From an uncultured Pelagibacteraceae bacterium (GTDB lineage Bacteria > Pseudomonadota > Alphaproteobacteria > Pelagibacterales > Pelagibacteraceae), in the NCBI GenBank assembly GCA_902590755.1, contig CACIYA010000001.1:1-63895 (forward strand): 63,895 bases of DNA, written 5' to 3'. The notes beneath the pieces are model-generated. The model was not told the origin of the DNA, searched no databases, and was given only the letters and a program-made list of their open reading frames with translations. Shown here in pieces: positions 20,857-31,335 of the stretch. Each line of letters begins with the position of its first letter. Position 1 is the stretch's first letter. The translations under genes and the position numbers were made by a program.

Positions 20857-20932
20857 AATGGTAAGTTATATTGACTTATCCTTCGAAGGAATATACTTTT
20901 TTATAATTAAAAAATCTATATATTTACAGCAT

Positions 20933-21820
20933 ATGGAAAGCGTACCTTACGATAAAAGATCTGGAAAAATCTGGTTTAACGGAAAAACAGTAGACTGGAA
21001 AGATGCAAACATTCATATTTTAAATCATGGTTTACATTATGCTAGTTGTGTTTTTGAAGGTGAAAGAGTCTATGATGGGGAAATATTTAAATTAGCAGAA
21101 CATACAGAAAGATTGTTTTATTCAGCTGAGAGAATGGGTATTAAAGTTCCTTACTCTAAAAAAGAAATTAATGATGCTTGTAAAAATATTGTTAACGTTC
21201 AAAAAGTAAAAAACGGATATGTCAGACCTTTAATTTGGAGAGGGAGTGAAATGATGGCTATTTCAGCTCAGCGTAACAAAATTCACGTAGCTATTGCAAC
21301 TTGGGAATGGGGTTCTTATTTTGATCCTAAATTAAAACTGAATGGTATTAAGTTAAATATATCTAATTGGAGAAGACCAGCGCCTAATACTATACCTTGG
21401 GATACTAAAGCTTCAGGTCTTTATATGATTTGTACTTTATCGAAACACGAGGCTGAAGCTCAAGGATTTACTGACTCGCTCATGCTTGACTATCAAGGAA
21501 ATATTGCAGAAGCAACTGGTGCTAATGTATTTTTTAAAGATGAGTCAGGTGCTTTACATACTCCAGTTCCAGATTCATTTTTAGACGGTATTACAAGACG
21601 TGAAGTGATAAAAATTGCTAAATCAAAAGGAATTAAAGTTGTAGAAAGAAAAATTAAACCAGATGAAATGAGTGGTTTCACAGGATGTTTTTTAACTGGA
21701 ACTGCAGCTGAGGTTACCCCAGTTTCTCAAATTGATAATTATAAATTTGAAGTTTGTGATGTGATTACCAACCTAAATGATGCTTATCAAAATTTAGTTA
21801 GAAAAGACTCTGCTGCTTAA
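20933..21820 (+). CDS. ilvE: Branched-chain amino acid aminotransferase
   Basis: HGLHYASCVFEG, KASGLY, EATGAN, LDGITR, GTAAEV. Start moved to the ATG at 20933. Confidence 0.95.
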   Translation: MESVPYDKRSGKIWFNGKTVDWKDANIHILNHGLHYASCVFEGERVYDGEIFKLAEHTERLFYSAERMGIKVPYSKKEINDACKNIVNVQKVKNGYVRPLIWRGSEMMAISAQRNKIHVAIATWEWGSYFDPKLKLNGIKLNISNWRRPAPNTIPWDTKASGLYMICTLSKHEAEAQGFTDSLMLDYQGNIAEATGANVFFKDESGALHTPVPDSFLDGITRREVIKIAKSKGIKVVERKIKPDEMSGFTGCFLTGTAAEVTPVSQIDNYKFEVCDVITNLNDAYQNLVRKDSAA

Positions 21821-22401
21821 TCTTTGTTGTCTTCATTTATCGCATGATCAATACCTTTTCTAAGATAATCATAACCAGTGTACAAAGTTAAAAATGCCGA
21901 TAACCACAATAATATAATACCTACTGTTTGAGCATTGTAGTCTTGAAAATTAATTATTTTATTACCAATATCACCAGTCAATAAAATAGCTATTGATGCC
22001 ATTTGAATAAAAGCTTTTAACTTAGACAAACTCGTTACTTGCATAGAAACTCTACCTTTTGCTAAAAATTCACGAAGCCCTGAAATTAAAATTTCTCTTG
22101 TCAAAATAATTACAGCTGCAATCACCTCGTAGTTTTTTATAGTTCCATTCATTACTAATAAAATTAGGGCTGCGGATACTAAGATTTTATCCGCAATTGG
22201 ATCTAGTAATTCTCCAAGTTTAGACTCCTCTTTAAATAGTCTTGCTAGCAAACCATCAAGGTAATCAGTAAAACTTGCTAATACAAATAAAAAAAAAGGG
22301 ATTAAATCACCAAAAAAACCTGGAATAAAGAAAGTGATAACAAAAATTGGTACAATTATAATTCTGCCGATGGTTAGTATATTTGGTATTTTTAATTTCA
22401 T
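21817..22401 (-). CDS. pgsA: CDP-diacylglycerol--glycerol-3-phosphate 3-phosphatidyltransferase
   Basis: PN.LT..R, TD.LDG..AR, G..LDP.ADK, RE..ISGLRE; follows uvrC. Confidence 0.95.
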   Translation of the reverse strand: MKLKIPNILTIGRIIIVPIFVITFFIPGFFGDLIPFFLFVLASFTDYLDGLLARLFKEESKLGELLDPIADKILVSAALILLVMNGTIKNYEVIAAVIILTREILISGLREFLAKGRVSMQVTSLSKLKAFIQMASIAILLTGDIGNKIINFQDYNAQTVGIILLWLSAFLTLYTGYDYLRKGIDHAINEDNKD

Positions 22402-24240
22402 TTATTCGTGGAAATAATCATATATTTTCTTCGCGACACTGTCTTCTATTCCATCTACTGATTTTAAATCATCAAAACTAGCAGACTCAACGGCTCGAGC
22501 AGACCCAAAATGATTTAATAAAGCTCTTTTTCTCTGTTTTCCAATCCCTTGGATTTGATCCAACAAAGATTTGCTAAGATTTTTCTTTCTTTTAGCTCTG
22601 TGAGTACTTATAGCGAATCTATGAGCCTCATCTCTAAGTCTTTGTATGAAAAATAATAATGGATCATTTTTTTCTAAATTGTACTCTTTATTTTTAAAAT
22701 AGATTTTTTCTTCACCAGCATTTCTTTTTTTACCCTTTGCTACAGCTAAAATAGGTAAGTCATGTAATCCCAATTCATTTAGAACTTCCCTAGACACAGA
22801 ATATTGTCCTTTTCCTCCGTCTATCATTATTAAATCTGGTAATGAGAGTGAACCAGATTTTTCCTTAATAGCTTTTGAAAATCTTCTAAATAAAACTTCT
22901 TTCATCATCCCATAGTCATCATTTTTAACTTTTTCATCTTTAATATTGAACTTTCTGTATCTTTTCTTAACAAAACCTTCATTACTGAAACAAATTAACG
23001 ATCCTACAGAGTCAGCTCCCTGGATGTGGCTATTATCGTAAACCTCTATCAATTCAATATTGTTATTAATATTGAATTTAGATGCTAATTCCTCAATAAG
23101 ATTATTATTAGTATCGGATTGAATGAGTTTTTGTTTTAAAGATTGTTTTGCGTTTTTCTCTGCAAGACTAGAAATACTAATCTCATTTTTACTTTTTGCT
23201 AACTTAATAATAATATCCTTTTTGTCCTTATCGGAGAATGTTTTTTCTATAAGTTTTTTATCTTTGACTTCACAGTTAGTTATTATCAGCCTCGGAATAG
23301 TTTTGTTTTCATAAAATTGGGATATAAAAGAGCTTATTATATCTTCTACACTGTCATCTGGATCATGTTTTGGATAAAAAGCCTGATTACCCCAGTTTTG
23401 TTTTGACCTAAAAAAAAATACTTGCACACATGTTTTTCCTGTCTCTTTATAAATACTGATAACATCAGCTTCTGTTAAATTTGTTTGATTTATTTTTTGA
23501 GAAGTTTGTATTTGAGTTAATGCTTTTATTCTATCTCTTGCTATAGCCGCTTTCTCATAATCCAATTCTTTACTAGCTTTTTCCATTTCTTTGGATAAGT
23601 TTTTCTGAATTCTTCTAGATTTACCCGATATAAAATCAATAGCGTCAGCAACCGTAGACTTGTAATCTTTTTCATTTATGTGTCCAACACATGGTGCAGA
23701 GCATCTTTTAATTTGATATAAGATACATGGTCTCTCTCTATTTTTGAAAACAGTGTCATCACACACTCTCAAGAGAAAAATTTTTTGTAAAATTTTTATT
23801 GTCCAATTAGCAGACCCAATTGATGCAAATGGACCAAAATAATATCCTGTTTTTGATTTTTTCCCTCTTAACTTTGTAAGTTGTGGCCACTTATCTTTAT
23901 TACCAATGTAAATATAAGGAAAAGATTTGTCATCACGCAAAAGTATATTGTAACGGGGTTTATGTTTTTTTATTAAATTCGCTTCTAATAGTAGAGCCTC
24001 ACTTTCATTACTTGTAGTAGTAGTTTCGAGATTATGTGTAAGTGAAAGCATTCTCTCAGTTCTAATAGGAAGATTAGACTCAGTGACATAACTTTTGAGT
24101 CTATTTGGGATAATTTTAGCTTTACCAATATATAGAATTTCACCAGTGGAACTAATCATTTTGTAAACACCGGGGTTTTTTGGTATCAGCGGAATTTTTT
24201 CTTTTATAACTTTTTTTCCCAACTCTAAACTATTAATCAT
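22402..24240 (-). CDS. uvrC: Excinuclease ABC subunit C
   Basis: GIY-YIG (PGVY..LYIGKAK), [21 protein letters not shown], HhH. Confidence 0.98.
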   Translation of the reverse strand: MINSLELGKKVIKEKIPLIPKNPGVYKMISSTGEILYIGKAKIIPNRLKSYVTESNLPIRTERMLSLTHNLETTTTSNESEALLLEANLIKKHKPRYNILLRDDKSFPYIYIGNKDKWPQLTKLRGKKSKTGYYFGPFASIGSANWTIKILQKIFLLRVCDDTVFKNRERPCILYQIKRCSAPCVGHINEKDYKSTVADAIDFISGKSRRIQKNLSKEMEKASKELDYEKAAIARDRIKALTQIQTSQKINQTNLTEADVISIYKETGKTCVQVFFFRSKQNWGNQAFYPKHDPDDSVEDIISSFISQFYENKTIPRLIITNCEVKDKKLIEKTFSDKDKKDIIIKLAKSKNEISISSLAEKNAKQSLKQKLIQSDTNNNLIEELASKFNINNNIELIEVYDNSHIQGADSVGSLICFSNEGFVKKRYRKFNIKDEKVKNDDYGMMKEVLFRRFSKAIKEKSGSLSLPDLIMIDGGKGQYSVSREVLNELGLHDLPILAVAKGKKRNAGEEKIYFKNKEYNLEKNDPLLFFIQRLRDEAHRFAISTHRAKRKKNLSKSLLDQIQGIGKQRKRALLNHFGSARAVESASFDDLKSVDGIEDSVAKKIYDYFHE

Positions 24241-24632
24241 ACTTTTGATTTTGATACCTCGATACCAACAGATTTTGTTTTCTTTAATATATCTAACTTT
24301 TCTATCTTAAGATTAATTTTTTTAACAATTTTATTTTTAAATACCATATTAAAAATATTTTCCGCTAAGTCTTCAAGTAACTCATGATGTTTTATATAAG
24401 CAATTTTCTCAATTTTACTAACAATTTCCTCATAATTAAGTATTGAATTTAAATCTTTGTTATTTGGAGTTACATATGGATTTGTCAAAATTTCAATATT
24501 AAATTTTACTCTTTGTCTCTTTTTTTTCTCAAAGTTGTGTATTCCTATAGAAATATTTAAGATTAAATCTTTTATAATTACTTTTCTTTTATATTTAAAT
24601 TTTTCTTTTTTCTTAAATTTAATTATTTTCAT
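24237..24632 (-). CDS. folB: Dihydroneopterin aldolase
   Basis: IGIH.FEK...Q, LNY, LLE.LAE, KIEK, VGIE T-fold motifs. Confidence 0.85.
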   Translation of the reverse strand: MKIIKFKKKEKFKYKRKVIIKDLILNISIGIHNFEKKKRQRVKFNIEILTNPYVTPNNKDLNSILNYEEIVSKIEKIAYIKHHELLEDLAENIFNMVFKNKIVKKINLKIEKLDILKKTKSVGIEVSKSKV

Positions 24633-25384
24633 TCTTTTGTATTAATAATATCTGGTGTTTGCCAGGCAAGTCTTTGCCCGCTATCAATATTAATTATCTC
24701 TCCTGTTATATTTTTATTTTCAATAAGGAACTTTACTCCATTACATATGTTTTCTAAATCTACTTTTTTTTTTAAGAGCGTGGATTTCCATTGCTTTTTG
24801 AAATGCCTTTCAGATTGTCTTTTGTTTTTTAATGTCGGTCCAGGTGAAATACCATTTACTCTTATATTAGGCGCTAATTTCATTGCTGATGTTTTTGTAA
24901 AAGTGGCTAATGAAGACTTACTCAAAGTGTAAGAGAAAAAAAAAGGTGTTAATTTTTCAATTCTTTGATCAATGATATTAATGATACATCCTTCTTTGTT
25001 TTTAATTAATTTTTTAAAATTTTGCGTTAAAATTGCTGGTGATTTTAAGTTGATATTCATATGTTTTGTAAAGGATTTCTCGGAAAAATTTTCAAGGTTA
25101 TCGTTTTCAAAGATAGATGCATTATTAATTAAACAATCTAATCCTTTCATAGTTTTATGAGCTTTTTTTATTAAATTTTCGGTTTGTTTAAAATTATTTA
25201 AATCAGCTTTAAACAAATATATTTCAGCTCCAAGTTCCTCTAACTTTTTTTTTAATTTTAAAGCGCTACTTTTAGATTTGTTAAAGTGGATAGCTATTTT
25301 TGTTTCAAAGCTAACTAAACTTTTAGCTATTGCAGATCCTATTCTAGTAGCTCCGCCAGTGATAATTATTTTTTTGGCTTCCAT
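24629..25384 (-). CDS. Short-chain dehydrogenase, pteridine reductase (PTR1/FolM-like)
   Basis: TGGATRIG (Arg in the glycine motif), NNAS.F, D.R, YTLSK. Confidence 0.8.
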   Translation of the reverse strand: MEAKKIIITGGATRIGSAIAKSLVSFETKIAIHFNKSKSSALKLKKKLEELGAEIYLFKADLNNFKQTENLIKKAHKTMKGLDCLINNASIFENDNLENFSEKSFTKHMNINLKSPAILTQNFKKLIKNKEGCIINIIDQRIEKLTPFFFSYTLSKSSLATFTKTSAMKLAPNIRVNGISPGPTLKNKRQSERHFKKQWKSTLLKKKVDLENICNGVKFLIENKNITGEIINIDSGQRLAWQTPDIINTKE

Positions 25385-27537
25385 TTTTTTATCGCTTTTC
25401 TTGGTTTTGTACCTGGCATACCCATAGTCGATCTTCCTTTTGGATAAACTTTACTTTTTAAATTATATTGAGATATTTTAGGATTTAAAGTTATTTCAAG
25501 TTCACTAGCTTCTAGTTTTCTCATTTCGTCTCTTAGTTTAGCAGCCTCTTCAAATTCTAAATTAGATGCAGCTTCTTTCATTTTTCTGTTTAAAGCTTTA
25601 AGATGTTTTTTTAAGTTACCGCCTACGTTTGAACCTTCACTAATTTTTACGTAATCTTTTTCATAAACAGACTCTAAAATATCACTTATCTCTTTTTTTA
25701 CTGACTCAGCAGTTATTCCATTTTTCTTATTATATTCTAATTGTTTATTTCTCCTTCTGTCTGTTTCCTTAATTGCCTTTTCAATGCTCTTCGTGACTTT
25801 ATCAGCATATAATATTACTTTACCATCAACATTTCGCGCTGCTCTTCCAATTGTTTGAATTAAAGAAGTTTCAGATCTTAAAAATCCCTCTTTATCAGCA
25901 TCTAAAATTGCTACCAAAGCACATTCGGGAATATCTAATCCTTCTCTCAACAAATTAATTCCTACAAGAATATCAAACACTCCCATTCTCAAATCTCTTA
26001 TGATCTCAATTCTTTCAAGAGTATCAATGTCAGAGTGCATATATCTCACTTTAAGACCATTTTCGTGGAGATACTCAGTAAGATCTTCAGCCATTTTTTT
26101 TGTCAGCGTTGTAGCAAGAACTCTATATCCTTTTTTTACAATCTCTTTTGCCTCATGCATAAGATCATCAACTTGAGTTTTGGCCGGCCTTATTTCAACC
26201 GGTGGGTCTATTAAACCTGTTGGCCTAATGATTTGGTCAATATATTTATTGCTCGTTTGTTTTAGTTCCCAAGGTCCTGGGGTAGCAGAGACAAAAACAG
26301 TTTGTGTTCTCATTAAATCCCACTCTTCAAATTTCAAAGGTCTGTTATCCATACATGAAGGGAGTCTAAACCCATATTCGGCTAACGTGCTTTTTCTTGT
26401 ACGGTCACCTTTATACATTCCATTTAATTGAGGGACTGTTACGTGACTTTCGTCTACAAATATAATTGCATTATCTGGAAAATACTCAAACAGAGTAGGA
26501 GGAGGTTCACCAGCTTTTCTTCCTGATAAAAATCTTGAATAATTTTCTATCCCTGCACAAGTTCCGGTAGCTTCAATCATTTCTAGATCAAACTTTGTTC
26601 GTTCTCTTAATCTTTGTTCCTCTAAAAGTTTGTTGTTTTCTCTATGTTTCTTTAAAGTCACAGCTAACTCAGATTTTATTTGTTTGATTGCTTGTTCGAT
26701 AGTAGGCTTAGGGGTGATATAATGACTATTAGCGTAAATTTTTATTATTGAGTAATCATTTGTCTTATCTCCAGTAAGTGGGTCAAATTCCTCAATTTTT
26801 TCCAATTTATTTAGATTAAAACTTATTCTCCAAGCTCTATCCTCTAAGTGTGATGGAAAGATCTCTAAATTTTCTCCTCTTACTCTAAAGGTCCCTCTAA
26901 AAAAATTTTGATCATTTCTTTTGTACTGTAAGTTTATAAATGCTCTGATTAAATCGTCTCGCTCGTACTCATAATTTTTCTTTAAAGTAATAGTCATTTT
27001 TGAGTACGCCTCTACAGAGCCTAAACCATAGATACATGATACACTTGCAACAATAATTACATCATCTCTTTCCAACAAAGATCTTGTTGCCGAGTGTCTC
27101 ATACGATCAATTTGCTCATTAATTGAGGCCTCTTTTTCTATATAAGTATCAGATCTAGGAACGTATGCTTCTGGAGTGTAGTAATCATAATATGATACAA
27201 AATATTCTACAGCATTATCTGGAAAAAAACTTTTAAATTCTCCATACAATTGAGCAGCTAAAGTTTTGTTTGGTGCTAGAATTAGAGCTGGTCTATTAGC
27301 CTTTTCGATAACTTTTGCCATTGTAAATGTTTTACCTGATCCCGTGACCCCTAAAAGCACTTGTTCCTGTTTGTTATCTTTTAAGTTTTTTAATATTTGC
27401 TTGATGGCCTCTGGTTGGTCACCGCTAGGTTGAAAATCACTTTTGATTTTAAAGTTAATACCCCCTTCTAACTTCTTAATTTTTTTTGAGTTATTAACTT
27501 CTAGATCAGCTAATTTTTCTTGATAAGTATTTTGCAT
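25366..27537 (-). CDS. uvrB: Excinuclease ABC subunit B
   Basis: [34 protein letters not shown]. Confidence 0.98.
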   Translation of the reverse strand: MQNTYQEKLADLEVNNSKKIKKLEGGINFKIKSDFQPSGDQPEAIKQILKNLKDNKQEQVLLGVTGSGKTFTMAKVIEKANRPALILAPNKTLAAQLYGEFKSFFPDNAVEYFVSYYDYYTPEAYVPRSDTYIEKEASINEQIDRMRHSATRSLLERDDVIIVASVSCIYGLGSVEAYSKMTITLKKNYEYERDDLIRAFINLQYKRNDQNFFRGTFRVRGENLEIFPSHLEDRAWRISFNLNKLEKIEEFDPLTGDKTNDYSIIKIYANSHYITPKPTIEQAIKQIKSELAVTLKKHRENNKLLEEQRLRERTKFDLEMIEATGTCAGIENYSRFLSGRKAGEPPPTLFEYFPDNAIIFVDESHVTVPQLNGMYKGDRTRKSTLAEYGFRLPSCMDNRPLKFEEWDLMRTQTVFVSATPGPWELKQTSNKYIDQIIRPTGLIDPPVEIRPAKTQVDDLMHEAKEIVKKGYRVLATTLTKKMAEDLTEYLHENGLKVRYMHSDIDTLERIEIIRDLRMGVFDILVGINLLREGLDIPECALVAILDADKEGFLRSETSLIQTIGRAARNVDGKVILYADKVTKSIEKAIKETDRRRNKQLEYNKKNGITAESVKKEISDILESVYEKDYVKISEGSNVGGNLKKHLKALNRKMKEAASNLEFEEAAKLRDEMRKLEASELEITLNPKISQYNLKSKVYPKGRSTMGMPGTKPRKAIKKWKPKK

Positions 27538-27575
27538 TTTGTGTTAATAATAAATTAATTATATTATAAATTTCA

Positions 27576-28763
27576 ATGAGCATAGTTTCCAATAGTTTAA
27601 AACGTATAAAACCGTCGCCTACAATAGCAGTTACCTCAAAAGCTAGGGAAATGAGAGCTGCCGGAAAGGATGTTATCGGTTTAGGGGCTGGGGAGCCCGA
27701 TTTTGATACTCCAGACAATATTAAAGAAGCGGCAATAGAGGCGATTAGAAAAGGGGATACAAAATATACAGCAGTGGATGGAACTCCAGCTTTAAAAAAA
27801 GCTATCCAAGCAAAATTTTCTAGAGAAAATCATTTATCATATGAGCTTGATCAAATTTCCGTTGGAACTGGTGGAAAGCAAGTTTTATATAATGCTTTTA
27901 TGGCAACCATTAATAAAGGTGATGAGGTAATTATTCCAGCACCTTATTGGGTTTCTTACCCTGATATTGTTTTGTTAGCTGGAGGAAAACCTAAAATAAT
28001 AAAGTGTGATGAAAAAAATAATTTCAAATTAACACCAGAAAAATTAAAAAAAGTAGTTTCAAAGAAAACAAAGTGGATAATTATAAACTCTCCGTCTAAC
28101 CCTACAGGCTCTGGTTATACCAAAGATGAGATAATAGCTTTATCGAAGATTTTAATGAAATATAAAAATTTATATATTTTAAGCGATGATATTTATGAAC
28201 ATATTACTTATGACGGTTTTAAATTTTTTACAATTGCGCAAATTGATAAATTAAAAAGTAGAACTTTAACTATGAATGGAGTGAGTAAATCTTACTCAAT
28301 GACTGGCTGGAGAATAGGTTATGCTGCAGGCCCAAAGGAAATAATTAAAGCAATGGCTAAAATTCAATCCCAATCAACTAGCAATCCTACATCCATAAGC
28401 CAAGCAGCTGCAGTTGAGGCTTTAAACGGAACACAAGATTTTATTTCAGAAAGATCAAATTCTTTTAAAGAGAGAAGAAATTTTGTTGTTGATAGTTTAA
28501 ATAATATAAGAGGTATAAGCTGCTTAAGCCCTGAAGGAGCTTTTTATGTTTTTCCAAACTGTAAAAAGCTACTAAACAAGAAAACAAAACTGAAAACCGA
28601 TAAAGATTTTGTAGAGAAACTGTTAGAAAAAGCTGAGGTAGCTGTGGTTCAAGGTTCTGCCTTTGGTTTAGACGGTTATTTTAGGATATCTTACGCTACT
28701 TCAATGGAAAATTTGAAAAAAGCAATGCAAAGAATTAAAAATTTTTGTGATAGCCTTAATTAG
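27576..28763 (+). CDS. aspC: Aspartate aminotransferase (class I/II PLP enzyme)
   Basis: GEPDFDTP, NSPSNPTG, DDIY, SKSYSMTGWRIG. Confidence 0.88.
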   Translation: MSIVSNSLKRIKPSPTIAVTSKAREMRAAGKDVIGLGAGEPDFDTPDNIKEAAIEAIRKGDTKYTAVDGTPALKKAIQAKFSRENHLSYELDQISVGTGGKQVLYNAFMATINKGDEVIIPAPYWVSYPDIVLLAGGKPKIIKCDEKNNFKLTPEKLKKVVSKKTKWIIINSPSNPTGSGYTKDEIIALSKILMKYKNLYILSDDIYEHITYDGFKFFTIAQIDKLKSRTLTMNGVSKSYSMTGWRIGYAAGPKEIIKAMAKIQSQSTSNPTSISQAAAVEALNGTQDFISERSNSFKERRNFVVDSLNNIRGISCLSPEGAFYVFPNCKKLLNKKTKLKTDKDFVEKLLEKAEVAVVQGSAFGLDGYFRISYATSMENLKKAMQRIKNFCDSLN

Positions 28764-29706
28764 ATTCAGATAGATATTTTTCAGCTTCAAGTGCTGACAT
28801 ACAACCCATCCCAGCAGCGGTAACAGCTTGTCTAAAAATTTTATCCTTTACATCTCCTGCAGCAAAAACTCCTGGAATATTTGTTTCAGTAGAGTCAGGT
28901 TTTGTAATTAAATACCCTTCTTTGTCCATATTAAGTTGATCTTTAAACAAAGATGTTGCTGGATCATGACCTATGGCAATAAATAAACCATCAACTTTAA
29001 GCTCTTTAACTTTATTATCTTTTACATTTTTAATTTTTAATGCATTAACAGTTTTTGGCTCTTTAGTACCAATAACATCCTCAACTACACTATCCCAAAT
29101 AATTTCTATTTTCTTATTAGATTTTAATTTTGCTTGAAGCATTTTTTCAGCTCTAAGTTCGTTTCTCCTATGTATTAAATAAACCTTTGAAGCAAATTTA
29201 GTTAGAAACATTGCTTCTTCAACGGCGGCATTTCCCCCACCAACTACAGCCACTTCTTTTTCTTTAAAGAAAAACCCGTCACAAGTAGCACATGCTGAAA
29301 CTCCAAATCCTCTAAATTCTTGTTCAGATTTTAAATTTAACCATCTTGCTTGTGCTCCAGTTGAAATTATAAAACTATCTGCAGTGTAAACCTGACCACT
29401 ATCACCTGTTGCTGTAAAAGGTTTTTTAGTTAAGTCAACTTTATTTATATGATCTTGTATCATCTCTGTACCCACTGCTTCAGCCTGACCTTTCATTTCA
29501 TCCATTAGCCATGGCCCTTGAATCACTTTTGAGTATCCAGGATAATTTTCAACATCTGTAGTAGTAGTTAATTGTCCTCCGGGTTGAGAACCATGAACAA
29601 GTATTGGTTTAAGCATAGCTCTAGCCGCATAAATAGCTGCTGTATAGCCGGCAGGGCCTGATCCAAGAATTAACACTTTTGTATGTTTTGTTGATTTATT
29701 ATTCAT
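28756..29706 (-). CDS. trxB: Thioredoxin-disulfide reductase
   Basis: GSGPAG, CATCDG, GGGNAA, AAGDV. Start taken at MNNKST. Confidence 0.97.
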   Translation of the reverse strand: MNNKSTKHTKVLILGSGPAGYTAAIYAARAMLKPILVHGSQPGGQLTTTTDVENYPGYSKVIQGPWLMDEMKGQAEAVGTEMIQDHINKVDLTKKPFTATGDSGQVYTADSFIISTGAQARWLNLKSEQEFRGFGVSACATCDGFFFKEKEVAVVGGGNAAVEEAMFLTKFASKVYLIHRRNELRAEKMLQAKLKSNKKIEIIWDSVVEDVIGTKEPKTVNALKIKNVKDNKVKELKVDGLFIAIGHDPATSLFKDQLNMDKEGYLITKPDSTETNIPGVFAAGDVKDKIFRQAVTAAGMGCMSALEAEKYLSESN

Positions 29707-29729
29707 TATGTAAAGGTATATAGTAACTA

Positions 29730-30683
29730 ATGTTAGAATTAAAAGCACTTCTTTTAACGCAAGGTATGCACGGCATGGTTAGTCAAGTAGAAGGATTAGC
29801 TAAAGCTTTGGGTTTAAGTTATAAACACCAAAAAATTGAATTAAAATCTTTTTGGAATTTTGTTCCCCCAAAAATCAGCCCAATATCAGAAAATTTGGTA
29901 AAAAATAAATTCGTATGTGATTGTAAGGTAATTATATCTTGTGGAAGAAAAAGTGTTATACCGTCGGCAGCCTTAAAAAGAAGATTAGGTAATAGAATTT
30001 TCAATATTCACATACAAGATCCAAAAGTTTCTTTTGAACACTTCGACCTTATTGTAAGTCCAGAGCATGATAATTTAAAAGGAGATAATATTATCAACAC
30101 AATAGGAGCTATTCATTATCTAAATAAAAAAGAAATTAACGAGAATGCAAAATATCTTGGAATCGAGCAGGATAAGGGTAGAGAACTTGTTGCGTTTATA
30201 ATCGGAGGACCTAATAAATATTATAATTATTCAGAAAAAAAAATCCATGAACTTTTTAACAAAGTTAAGACTTTATTTACTCCAGATAAATTTAAAATTA
30301 TCGTAATTCCTTCTTACAGAACACCTGAAAATATTTTAAAAATTGCATATAATACCTTTAGTATTAATCATCATGTTGTAAAAAATATCGATAAGAAAGC
30401 TTATCTCTCTGCATTAGCGATTTCAAATTATATAGTTGTAACATGCGACTCCACGTCAATGATTTCAGAGGCCGCTCTGACTGGCAAACCTGTTTATATT
30501 GCTATGATGAAGTCATTTAAACCAACTGGGAGATTTAAAAAATTTTATTCACAATTGAAAGATTTAGGTATAACAAGAGAGCTGGAGGATAGAGTTGAAA
30601 GTTGGAGCTATGATAGTTTAAATGAAGTAAATAGAATTGCTCCGATTGTAAAAGCAAAAATGAAAAAAAATGGAATTATTTAA
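29730..30683 (+). CDS. ELM1/GtrOC1-family putative glycosyltransferase (DUF1022-like)
   Basis: G..SQ..GLA, ISCGR, HIQDP...FDL.V.PEHD, IGGP, S.RTP, VT.DS.SMISEA..TGKPV. Confidence 0.85.
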   Translation: MLELKALLLTQGMHGMVSQVEGLAKALGLSYKHQKIELKSFWNFVPPKISPISENLVKNKFVCDCKVIISCGRKSVIPSAALKRRLGNRIFNIHIQDPKVSFEHFDLIVSPEHDNLKGDNIINTIGAIHYLNKKEINENAKYLGIEQDKGRELVAFIIGGPNKYYNYSEKKIHELFNKVKTLFTPDKFKIIVIPSYRTPENILKIAYNTFSINHHVVKNIDKKAYLSALAISNYIVVTCDSTSMISEAALTGKPVYIAMMKSFKPTGRFKKFYSQLKDLGITRELEDRVESWSYDSLNEVNRIAPIVKAKMKKNGII

Positions 30684-31335
30684 ATCACTAGAAAAAAGGA
30701 CTAAATTATTTAGTGATCCTTTTAAACATTTTGAAATTAATCAACCACTGACACAAAATGCTATCGATGAGATCTGCAGTGCGGAGATAGCTGATCCAAG
30801 AAAACAAAATTTAAATTATGACGGAACAAGAGCTCTTGATGGAGGAGAAGGAGCCTTTAGAGCTGGAATTAAAGATGGCGGTAAAGCAAAAAAACTTAGA
30901 TGTTATGTTACTAAAGAAAACTCTAATCAATTTCCAAACTTAACAAAATTTATTGAGGAATTAAGATCACCTGAAGTCTATAAAAAAATTGGATCATTAA
31001 TCGGAAAGGATTTAAATAATTCTTATGTAAGACTGGAAGTAATTTGTGACCGAGAAGGTTTTTGGCTTAAACCTCACTGTGATATTGAAGAAAAATTAAT
31101 GTCTTCAATAGTTTTTGTTAATTTACACAACGAGTCGGAAAATCTAGGTACTGATTTTTATGATGCAAAATTAAATAAAGTTAAAACAGTGCCTTATAAA
31201 CATAATTATGGATATTTCTTTACAAGTGGACCAAACACTTGGCATGGGATGGAAAAAAAAGAGATTAAAAAAGAGAGAAGATGCATTCAAATAAACTATG
31301 TAACTTTCGAAACTGATTGGAAAGTGAAAAGCTAA
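30670..31335 (+). CDS. 2OG-Fe(II) oxygenase superfamily protein
   Basis: HxD (PHCD), GT.FY strand, distal His (WHG) and Arg (RR.IQINY). Confidence 0.8.
   Translation: MELFKSLEKRTKLFSDPFKHFEINQPLTQNAIDEICSAEIADPRKQNLNYDGTRALDGGEGAFRAGIKDGGKAKKLRCYVTKENSNQFPNLTKFIEELRSPEVYKKIGSLIGKDLNNSYVRLEVICDREGFWLKPHCDIEEKLMSSIVFVNLHNESENLGTDFYDAKLNKVKTVPYKHNYGYFFTSGPNTWHGMEKKEIKKERRCIQINYVTFETDWKVKS

Noticed and set aside
20858-20932. Extended N-termini in the ORF track (ilvE; likewise trxB, greA, kinase)
   Set aside because: The extensions lack family similarity and run across promoters or neighbouring genes; downstream ATGs fit better.
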